Below are positions 18,273-24,427 of a stretch of DNA of 24,762 nt, in pieces. Under the pieces are notes generated by a model, which worked only from the letters and a program-made list of their open reading frames with translations, searched no databases and was not told where the DNA came from. Every line of letters starts with the position of its first letter. Within the stretch, counting starts at the first letter, position 1. Source of the stretch: a virus (lineage: Duplodnaviria; Caudoviricetes); the IMG/VR virus record IMGVR_UViG_3300012665_000787, positions 1 through 24,762 of that record; one strand, written 5' to 3'. A program made the translations under genes and the position numbers.

Positions 18273-18968
18273 ATGGAAATCTTTGAATTCACACAACCTG
18301 TTATTTTTCATAAAACTTTGAACCCTAAACTTTGGGATGGGGAAAATCTACGTGAGGAAGTTTTATTAAAATTATTAGACTCGGCCTACAACTTTTTAAA
18401 GAGTTTGAACTTGGACGAAATACCCCTACGTGATATTATCATTACGGGTAGCAATACTAATCTAACCTATACACCACACAGTGATTTGGATCTACATGTC
18501 ATAGTGGACTACAGTAAGATTTACAATGGATCCTTAGTGGACGAATTCTTTACAGCCAAAAAGAGCCTATGGAATGAAGTATATGATCCAGAGATTTATG
18601 GTATCCCTGTAGAAGTCTATGCTGAAGACACTGCCAACCCAGTCAAGGGCAATAGTTACAGTTTACTAACTCGTGAATGGCTAGTGCGTGAACCCATATA
18701 CAAAACTCAGTACAATGACCGTTCAGTCAAGGCCAAAGCCAGTTGGTTGGAAAAACAGCTGAAACGAGCCATACAAGATGTGGACAGTCTAGCCGACATT
18801 GCCCGTATCAAACGAGCACTCAAACGCTATCGCCAAAGTGGCTTGGACAAGTACGGTGAATTCAGCACTGAGAACTTGGTATTCAAAAGCATACGCAATG
18901 GCGGGTGGTTGAATCGTTTAAGACAAAGGGAAATAGATTTAGTTAATACACAACTAAGCCTAAAATAA
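18273..18968 (+). CDS. Pol-beta superfamily nucleotidyltransferase
   Basis: hGS-x10-DhD motif (IIITGSNTNLTYTPHSDLDLHV), a third acidic residue in VEVY and a helical C-terminal domain. The likely start is ATG 18273. Confidence 0.8.
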   Translation: MEIFEFTQPVIFHKTLNPKLWDGENLREEVLLKLLDSAYNFLKSLNLDEIPLRDIIITGSNTNLTYTPHSDLDLHVIVDYSKIYNGSLVDEFFTAKKSLWNEVYDPEIYGIPVEVYAEDTANPVKGNSYSLLTREWLVREPIYKTQYNDRSVKAKASWLEKQLKRAIQDVDSLADIARIKRALKRYRQSGLDKYGEFSTENLVFKSIRNGGWLNRLRQREIDLVNTQLSLK

Positions 18969-18976
18969 AACGTAGC

Positions 18977-19066
18977 AAAAAGGCAGTCTTTTTAAACAAA
19001 ACTGTTAAGAACTGGGGCAAAAATTAACTGGTTCTTTAAAGAAACTTTAAAAAATAGACTGTTTTT
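18977..19066 (+). repeat. Long imperfect inverted repeat or nested stem-loop
   Basis: aaaaaggcagtctttttaaa (18977-18996) pairs imperfectly with tttaaaaaatagactgttttt (19046-19066). There is an inner aagaactgg/ctggttctt stem. Confidence 0.5.
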
Positions 19067-19087
19067 AAACAGGTAGTACTAAGACAC

Positions 19088-19273
19088 ATGAAAACTCAAC
19101 AACAACTAATAAAAGAAATACAAGCCCTACAACAGACCATGGAAAGCCTAGTACAGGCCATACTATTTGAACAAGATTTGGACAACAAGCTGGCTCTGTT
19201 TGCCCAACGTGACCAACATCAACGACAGCTGGCTGACTTGACCATTGAGCTGGCCCAACTGAACAAATTCTAA
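19088..19273 (+). CDS. Small coiled-coil hypothetical protein
   Basis: 61-aa Q/L-rich heptad ORF. Confidence 0.6.
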   Translation: MKTQQQLIKEIQALQQTMESLVQAILFEQDLDNKLALFAQRDQHQRQLADLTIELAQLNKF

Positions 19274-19346
19274 CTCCTAGACACTAATACGCAATTTTTG
19301 TGGCAATTATATAAGTAGTTAATATAACTACGATGAACGGTCCACT

Positions 19347-19784
19347 ATGCTACATATCATTACAAATCTGCAAGACACCCTGTTAGAATTAATCAAGGAT
19401 GACCCTGTACGTCCTGAAATACCTGTAGCTGAACGTGTTAACGACTACAGTAAAGTCTATGTCTTGGTCAATGAAGAGGACAGCAAACCACGTGCTGTGG
19501 TCTGTGTCAAGTTTCAAAACTCCATTCCCCAATCAGTAGATGAGTTGGCCACAACCTTAACTGACTTTACTCACGCTATATTCTATACCATATGGAGTTA
19601 TAGTGGCGGGGCAGGACAGCAACTAATCCGAGAAAGCAAGCAGTGGATCGAAGCGAACATGCCCACAGTCAATACCTTTGTCACACTGAGCCCACCCACT
19701 GAGATGGCTCGTAAGTTTCATCTCAAGAACGGCGCCTTAATCTACAGAGAAAACACCACCACAGTCAACTACCAGTACGCATAA
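19347..19784 (+). CDS. Miniature malonyl-CoA-decarboxylase-like GNAT-fold protein
   Basis: AIFYTI, GAGQQLI, FVTLSP, ARKFHLKNGA and VNYQY occur in the same order as the MCD catalytic-domain motifs. Confidence 0.7.
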   Translation: MLHIITNLQDTLLELIKDDPVRPEIPVAERVNDYSKVYVLVNEEDSKPRAVVCVKFQNSIPQSVDELATTLTDFTHAIFYTIWSYSGGAGQQLIRESKQWIEANMPTVNTFVTLSPPTEMARKFHLKNGALIYRENTTTVNYQYA

Positions 19785-19819
19785 AGGTTTTACCGAATCG
19801 GGCCGGTGTGTTTTTCCCA

Positions 19820-19846
19820 GCGCGAAGCGCGAAGCGTTCAGCGAAA
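19820..19846 (+). repeat. Tandem GCGAAGC mini-hairpin motifs
   Basis: GCGAAGC occurs at 19822-19828 and 19829-19835, followed by GCGAAA at 19841. Confidence 0.6.
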
Positions 19847-19903
19847 TTTTTATCCCTACGTTATCATAGCAGTTAAATACGATTCTTAATATAAGGACAA
19901 AGT

Positions 19904-20200
19904 ATGCCAGACATGTTACCCGGCATGGGAGACTTTTTAACTGTTACAGAAGAAGCCCGTAACCAAATAGAAGCAATAGCTACCCTACACGCCAAGGGTG
20001 CTTTTCGTATTCAGTGTACGCCCAATGCTACCACCACCGAGATCAAATTTGATTGGGATGAAGGATTTACTCAAGACGACTTCGAATTTCCCTGCGGTAG
20101 CGCCAGCATAGTAATGGATGCGCTAAGTATTGCTTATATCCTAGACGACTATACATTAGACTATGTATTCGGTAAATTTACATTAGAAAAAAGGAATTAA
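19904..20200 (+). CDS. Degenerate IscA/HesB-like protein
   Basis: LTVTEEA...FRI...IVMDALSIAYI...TLDYV follows the HesB pattern, but the C-terminal CGCG motif is missing. SD AAGGA and a TAAATA box (19874-19879) lie upstream. Confidence 0.55.
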   Translation: MPDMLPGMGDFLTVTEEARNQIEAIATLHAKGAFRIQCTPNATTTEIKFDWDEGFTQDDFEFPCGSASIVMDALSIAYILDDYTLDYVFGKFTLEKRN

Positions 20201-20201
20201 C

Positions 20202-20426
20202 ATGCCCTATAGAATCAAAGCACGTAGCCACGAAGGCCATACTGTTACACGTATGGATTTGGACTATACACGCTCGCCCATCACAGACCGTGCTTACGCA
20301 CAACAACTAGCAGAAAGCTATGCAGAAACATTAGGACATGGTGGACCATGGACTGGCTTTGTTGAGTACTATGAGGGCACCATAGCCAATCCTAACTGGC
20401 AACGTATGAACGGTAGGGACTATTAA
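20202..20426 (+). CDS. Hypothetical protein
   Basis: 74-aa ORF with SD AAGGA. Confidence 0.7.
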   Translation: MPYRIKARSHEGHTVTRMDLDYTRSPITDRAYAQQLAESYAETLGHGGPWTGFVEYYEGTIANPNWQRMNGRDY

Positions 20427-21004
20427 TTGTAGGTAAAAACCACTACCACTCTACGTGCAAGCGGGGAGGGTAAACGGTGTGCATGTATACAGCCGGGAAA
20501 AGCAAAGGCCGTGTACTCTAGAGCAGGCTGCTCATGCACTATATTAAAATCTTGATCAAATAGCACAGTTTCAGCGTCAGCTACTGTGTTCAAATACATT
20601 AACCAATTGCTGTGCTCAAAGTCATGATCAGTATGTGGATTGGTCAACTGACCCTCATGATGTTCTACTAGATTAATACTGGCTCTATATATACGTGTGA
20701 TTTGAATATGATTCTCCTCACACCATCTCCGAAACAGCGTATAGAATAGTTCATATGCTGAGCTGTTGACACGGCCATCTTCAAGGGCATTGAGAGAACG
20801 TTCCATAAGTGTGTGTTCAAAGTAAGGAGCGTTAGTGGGCACTAGACCAATACAATCAATGTATTTTTGACGTATCTCACTAGTACGTTCTTGAGGACCT
20901 ACAACCATAGCACTGCGCCAATACCATGGCCAACTACTGGACATGACTTGATTTTGAATGAATTCTAGTTCTTGTTCAGTAACTGTTACGGGTGCTGATT
21001 TCAT
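20423..21004 (-). CDS. 2OG-Fe(II) oxygenase superfamily protein
   Basis: HxD motif (PHTD), YLN, a distal His (IHAH) and the 2OG-binding R (RRVVVVF). TATACATA lies 4 nt upstream of the ATG. Confidence 0.8.
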   Translation of the reverse strand: MKSAPVTVTEQELEFIQNQVMSSSWPWYWRSAMVVGPQERTSEIRQKYIDCIGLVPTNAPYFEHTLMERSLNALEDGRVNSSAYELFYTLFRRWCEENHIQITRIYRASINLVEHHEGQLTNPHTDHDFEHSNWLMYLNTVADAETVLFDQDFNIVHEQPALEYTAFAFPGCIHAHRLPSPLARRVVVVFTYN

Positions 21005-21073
21005 ACAGTATGTATACTAGATGGTATATACGCACACTAAAAAATGGTGCGCAAAAAATTTTAAAAACTAGAT

Positions 21074-21157
21074 TTAGCTCTTAGTGACAGTTACGACATA
21101 GTAAACAATACTGACTATGGATATAACTGCAACAACACCTATTAAGCATTGAATCAT
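21074..21157 (-). CDS. Small membrane peptide (27 aa), not in the ORF track
   Basis: MIQCLIGVVAVISIVSIVYYVVTVTKS*, with an ATGA overlap with the stop of 21154..21366. Confidence 0.5.
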   Translation of the reverse strand: MIQCLIGVVAVISIVSIVYYVVTVTKS

Positions 21158-21366
21158 TTGGGTAACCCTGTAATTAAGTCTAAGTCATCATCTACTTGAG
21201 GACAATAGTCTCCCAAGCGCAAGATAAACTCTGTTAGTATGGATCCTTCTGGTACCCAAAAGCGTGTACGATTCAAGTGTACATCTACTTTGAGTTTATG
21301 TTCAATAATGAAGTTAAACACTTCCCCAGCATTGGGGTGCAAAGTGAGTATATAGAATTGTCTCAT
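21154..21366 (-). CDS. Hypothetical protein
   Basis: 70-aa ORF (VHLNRTRFWVP) within a chain of overlapping small ORFs. Confidence 0.7.
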   Translation of the reverse strand: MRQFYILTLHPNAGEVFNFIIEHKLKVDVHLNRTRFWVPEGSILTEFILRLGDYCPQVDDDLDLITGLPK

Positions 21367-21446
21367 ACAAGTGTGGCTAACAGTAGTTCCATTATGATTA
21401 TAATATCTATTGAGTCTAGAGGCAGTTTTTCCTGCGGACTAATCAT
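21363..21446 (-). CDS. Small hydrophobic peptide (27 aa), not in the ORF track
   Basis: MISPQEKLPLDSIDIIIIMELLLATLV*. It overlaps the upstream stop and has an ATGA overlap with the next gene. Confidence 0.4.
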   Translation of the reverse strand: MISPQEKLPLDSIDIIIIMELLLATLV

Positions 21447-21615
21447 TTGACACCATGACAATACTTATCACTAACATGACTGCTAGTACAACAATCCAGC
21501 CCCAACGATCCCAAGTAGTCTCAGGCGTCAAGTTGACGGGTCTATATACATCAAAGTCAGCATCATACTGAAAAGTTCGTCCATTGCGTACTACAACATC
21601 TTGATCTTCGATCAT
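21439..21615 (-). CDS. Small membrane protein (58 aa), not in the ORF track
   Basis: MIEDQDVVVRNGRTFQYDADFDVYRP...WGWIVVLAVMLVISIVMVSND*. SD AAGGA and TATAAGTA (21644-21651, - strand) lie upstream. Confidence 0.65.
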   Translation of the reverse strand: MIEDQDVVVRNGRTFQYDADFDVYRPVNLTPETTWDRWGWIVVLAVMLVISIVMVSND

Positions 21616-21829
21616 TGCGAATCCTTATGTGTGTTATGTATACTACTTATAGAACCGGGTCTACACAGCCAAAAAAAATCTGACGCAAAAATTTTAACTT
21701 TTGATTTATAGGTTGCCCACCAGTTCTGCCACCTATACCCCGTGAAAATCGCATGTGCAGTGTTGCAAAAAAACAACAGTGTGTGTATATAGCCACCACC
21801 ACCCTCCATATACACTCACCACCACCAGG

Positions 21830-22180
21830 TCAATATCCGCAGGCTCTCCGGTCGGTGTTGAGCTCAGGCTTGAGCTCGCGGATCAGCTCACGCTCACGGG
21901 CATGAGCCGCCGCCTTGCCACGCACCAACTCTAGTGGCCGTATGTCTATGAACTCTTTGCCTGCTAGCTCGCGTAACGCTGTACTCAATACCCATGTACG
22001 CTGTTCTACTGTAGCACGATAGTAATGCTTATGGGCACGACGTGCTAGGCTATGCGCCACAGTCTTCTCTTTGTATGTGATACCTATGTAGCTCTTGTCT
22101 GCTATGATGATGGTGTATATGATGTGTGTACGGTCCGTACGACGCTTACGTGGCTTCTTAACTGTAGTGAGTGTAGTCAT
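21830..22180 (-). CDS. Small GIY-YIG-like nuclease-domain protein
   Basis: IIY-x7-SYIGIT, a conserved R/H helix, and A---E--LI----P-LN. It has a basic N-terminus. Confidence 0.7.
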   Translation of the reverse strand: MTTLTTVKKPRKRRTDRTHIIYTIIIADKSYIGITYKEKTVAHSLARRAHKHYYRATVEQRTWVLSTALRELAGKEFIDIRPLELVRGKAAAHARERELIRELKPELNTDRRACGY

Positions 22181-22210
22181 ATGCGCTCCTGTGCTTTAGT
22201 GTATGCGTAT

Positions 22211-22239
22211 ATTGTACAGTCGATATTACCTATTGTCAA
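22211..22239 (-). promoter_or_regulatory. Early sigma70 promoter cassette 1
   Basis: TTGACA-ataggtaatatcgactg-TACAAT (17-nt spacer), then SD AGGAG. Confidence 0.85.
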
Positions 22240-22251
22240 CCACTATGTGTA

Positions 22252-22299
22252 GGGGAGGGAGAGGCCTGCTACTAGGGACACTACCCCCCAGCCCCTCCC
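22252..22299 (-). terminator. GC-rich stem-loop between a gene end and the next promoter
   Basis: gggagg...cctccc arms with inner G/C runs. There is no clear U-tract. Confidence 0.4.
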
Positions 22300-22310
22300 G
22301 GAGCAAACTG

Positions 22311-22634
22311 TTAGTCTAACCTGCTACCTGAGTAGGCATTCAAGCCCAATGCTCTAAGGTATGTGGCCATGGCATCTGCGCCAGCCTCTTTGATGTCTAT
22401 GTTCTGCACACCAAGTCCGCCTGGATTCCACATGCTGAGGCATTTAGGTTTGTAGTCCTTCTTAAAGCCTGCCTTGATCAACTCCTTGGCCTGCCGGCTG
22501 TTGGTACGGTCCACATATACATCAACCCACGCAAAGCCACAAGCATAACGGTCGCCGCCAATCTTAGTGTACATGGCTTGGCTAGCCTGTTGTGCTAGGG
22601 GAATTGCCTGTTCAATCTGTTGTGCTGTAATCAT
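22311..22634 (-). CDS. Hypothetical early protein
   Basis: 107-aa ORF (ACGFAWV) with its own promoter and SD AAGGAG. Confidence 0.8.
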   Translation of the reverse strand: MITAQQIEQAIPLAQQASQAMYTKIGGDRYACGFAWVDVYVDRTNSRQAKELIKAGFKKDYKPKCLSMWNPGGLGVQNIDIKEAGADAMATYLRALGLNAYSGSRLD

Positions 22635-22662
22635 ATCGCGCTCCTTAAGTGTTTAAGTGTAT

Positions 22663-22691
22663 AGTATAGCATCGGTAATACCGTTTGTCAA
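22663..22691 (-). promoter_or_regulatory. Early sigma70 promoter cassette 2
   Basis: TTGACA-aacggtattaccgatgc-TATACT. Confidence 0.85.
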
Positions 22692-22903
22692 GCCTTTTCC
22701 AGCATACGCATGAGTTCGTTGTGTAAAAACGACACCTCATCACGCTCCACATAGAAGTCAGTCCGGGGGTCGTAATATGCGCCTTCTTTCACATCATAGT
22801 AGAGTACACGACCATTGGCAAACACGAACGGTCCTTCAAGTCCCTTGCGTGGACCATAGCCCTGCATCAAGTCTTCTGTCCTACCCAAGTTAACGAATGC
22901 CAT
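22688..22903 (-). CDS. Hypothetical early protein
   Basis: 71-aa ORF (GLEGPF...GRVLYYD-KEG-YYDP-TDFY) with its own promoter and SD. Confidence 0.8.
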   Translation of the reverse strand: MAFVNLGRTEDLMQGYGPRKGLEGPFVFANGRVLYYDVKEGAYYDPRTDFYVERDEVSFLHNELMRMLEKA

Positions 22904-22934
22904 TCACTGCTCCTTGTTGCTTACTGTAGTCTAC

Positions 22935-22963
22935 AGTATAGCATCGGTAATACCTATTGTCAA
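22935..22963 (-). promoter_or_regulatory. Early sigma70 promoter cassette 3
   Basis: TTGACA-ataggtattaccgatgc-TATACT. Confidence 0.85.
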
Positions 22964-23199
22964 GCGATTTCTTTGAAGACTCTATAGCCTGTACCGCTTA
23001 GAACACGTATGGCCGATTGGATCTCTTGTGCCTTACGCTCGTAGTAATCCAGCATCTCCCTAGCACCCTTGATGGTATCCTCATCACCCACATCATTGAA
23101 GAAGCTGTGTGTGTATAGGTACACTTTGCGGCCGTCTTCGTCTAGACTCATCTGGATGGTGCCAATGTTCTTGTAAGACTGTATTTCGTTTAATTTCAT
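22960..23199 (-). CDS. Hypothetical early protein
   Basis: The likely start is ATG 23199 (MKLNEIQ), overlapping the upstream TGA. Confidence 0.7.
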   Translation of the reverse strand: MKLNEIQSYKNIGTIQMSLDEDGRKVYLYTHSFFNDVGDEDTIKGAREMLDYYERKAQEIQSAIRVLSGTGYRVFKEIA

Positions 23200-23378
23200 T
23201 TGCTGTCCAATACCTGCATGGCCAAGGTGCCCGCCCACATGACGAGCAGGCCCACTCCACTGACCAGGACTCCTGTAATCAGTGTGGCTGTATCCATGCT
23301 CAACTCTACACTGCCCACACCACCTAGGGTCATGAGCAGGCCCACTGTAAAACAGAACATTGCTTGATTGGCTGTCAT
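23196..23378 (-). CDS. Small membrane protein with two predicted TM helices
   Basis: 60-aa hydrophobic ORF with SD AAGGAG and ATGA overlaps at both ends. Confidence 0.7.
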   Translation of the reverse strand: MTANQAMFCFTVGLLMTLGGVGSVELSMDTATLITGVLVSGVGLLVMWAGTLAMQVLDSK

Positions 23379-23719
23379 ACTGTCTCCTTAATGGTCAAAG
23401 TCTTTGTTGGGAAAAGGATCTCTCCTTCGTACTCTAACTGGCTCTGCTCGTACTCAGTCATGTAGTCGTCCTCTACAATCTTGTAGCCTACGATATACTG
23501 ACGACTGCCAAGGTCATCCCACTCCACTTGGTCACGCACACTGTCCACAATCTGTTCGAGGTTCTTGTCCGCAAACTCATGCTCGGGACGGAAGCCCTCC
23601 AAGCCGAGGTAGTAGTCGCTACCGCCTTTGAACTTCCAATACTGGGGACACTCACCTGTGCCGTCCCAATCGTGGGCACCGTAGTTTTCCATGTATTGTG
23701 TAGTAATGAGTAACTTCAT
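23375..23719 (-). CDS. Hypothetical early protein
   Basis: 114-aa acidic ORF (TQYMENYGAHDWDG-GECPQYWKFKGG) with its own promoter and SD. Confidence 0.8.
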   Translation of the reverse strand: MKLLITTQYMENYGAHDWDGTGECPQYWKFKGGSDYYLGLEGFRPEHEFADKNLEQIVDSVRDQVEWDDLGSRQYIVGYKIVEDDYMTEYEQSQLEYEGEILFPTKTLTIKETV

Positions 23720-23749
23720 ATCAGCTCCTTATTTGCTTAGTGTGCCTAC

Positions 23750-23778
23750 AGTATAACGCCGGTTTTGCCGTTTGTCAA
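23750..23778 (-). promoter_or_regulatory. Early sigma70 promoter cassette 4
   Basis: TTGACA-aacggcaaaaccggcgt-TATACT. Confidence 0.85.
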
Positions 23779-23782
23779 CCGG

Positions 23783-24028
23783 TTAGCTCAATACCACTAC
23801 ACGGCGTACGGACTCTTTGGGCTCGCCCGTTTCCTCATCGTAGCAGTCCTCGTAGTCCATCATCTTGTCCATACGGTGGTACTCACTGTACTCTACTGCA
23901 CCCTCGTTAATGCTTTGCACATTAGGGGCTACACTGGTACGCCAGTGGTCTCCGTAATTGTACTCGTAATGGACTTCTGCGTCCTGGTCAAAGCACTGCA
24001 ACTCTGCAATGAGATCTTTTACTTTCAT
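23783..24028 (-). CDS. Hypothetical early protein
   Basis: 81-aa ORF (MKVKDLIAELQCFDQDAEV) with its own promoter and SD. Confidence 0.8.
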   Translation of the reverse strand: MKVKDLIAELQCFDQDAEVHYEYNYGDHWRTSVAPNVQSINEGAVEYSEYHRMDKMMDYEDCYDEETGEPKESVRRVVVLS

Positions 24029-24060
24029 CTTCAGCTCCTAATTTGTTAGTGTATGTGTAT

Positions 24061-24089
24061 ATAATAGCACAGGTTTTACCGGTTGTCAA
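24061..24089 (-). promoter_or_regulatory. Early sigma70 promoter cassette 5
   Basis: TTGACA-accggtaaaacctgtgc-TATTAT. Confidence 0.8.
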
Positions 24090-24091
24090 CC

Positions 24092-24115
24092 GGGGAGGGG
24101 GAATACCCACTCCCC
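24092..24115 (-). terminator. GC-rich stem-loop directly upstream of promoter cassette 5
   Basis: ggggag-g-ggg aata ccc-a-ctcccc hairpin just after the stop of 24124..24402. Confidence 0.5.
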
Positions 24116-24123
24116 TTGTAGTG

Positions 24124-24402
24124 TTATCCAATATCTGCTATAATGCGCAAATATGCAACGCTATATTTTCGTTCGTAACCGCCATACTGTCGTTGTCTTA
24201 CACCTGTTATAGTAACCTTATTACTAATAATCGTTTGCAGTTCCGTTTGTGTTCTGTATGCTTCCTGCAAGTCGTTAAACAAAAATACTACGCTACGTCT
24301 ATTTTTATTATGCTTACTAGTTTTTTCCGTATATGTTTGTGTAAAAAAACTGTTGCTAATTATGCGTACAATTGCGCGGGCTTGTTTTGTTTTTACTAGC
24401 AT
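24124..24402 (-). CDS. Basic hypothetical early protein
   Basis: 92-aa ORF with its own promoter and SD AAGGAG. It is more AT-rich than its neighbours. Confidence 0.7.
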   Translation of the reverse strand: MLVKTKQARAIVRIISNSFFTQTYTEKTSKHNKNRRSVVFLFNDLQEAYRTQTELQTIISNKVTITGVRQRQYGGYERKYSVAYLRIIADIG

Positions 24403-24427
24403 ATTGCTCCTTTAGTGTCTAGTGTGT

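Noticed and set aside
17681-20426. Convergent gene pairs sharing a TTAA double stop (17681-17684 and 20423-20426)
   Set aside because: This is ordinary compaction in AT-rich phage genomes and is not evidence of a system on its own.
21612-21815. 67-aa minus-strand ORF across the junction region
   Set aside because: It has no SD or promoter and runs through palindromes and A-tracts. The region is better explained as non-coding.
22052-24399. Plus-strand ORFs in the early region (22052, 23109, 23404, 23528, 23765, 24043)
   Set aside because: They are antisense to genes that have clear promoters and SD sequences.
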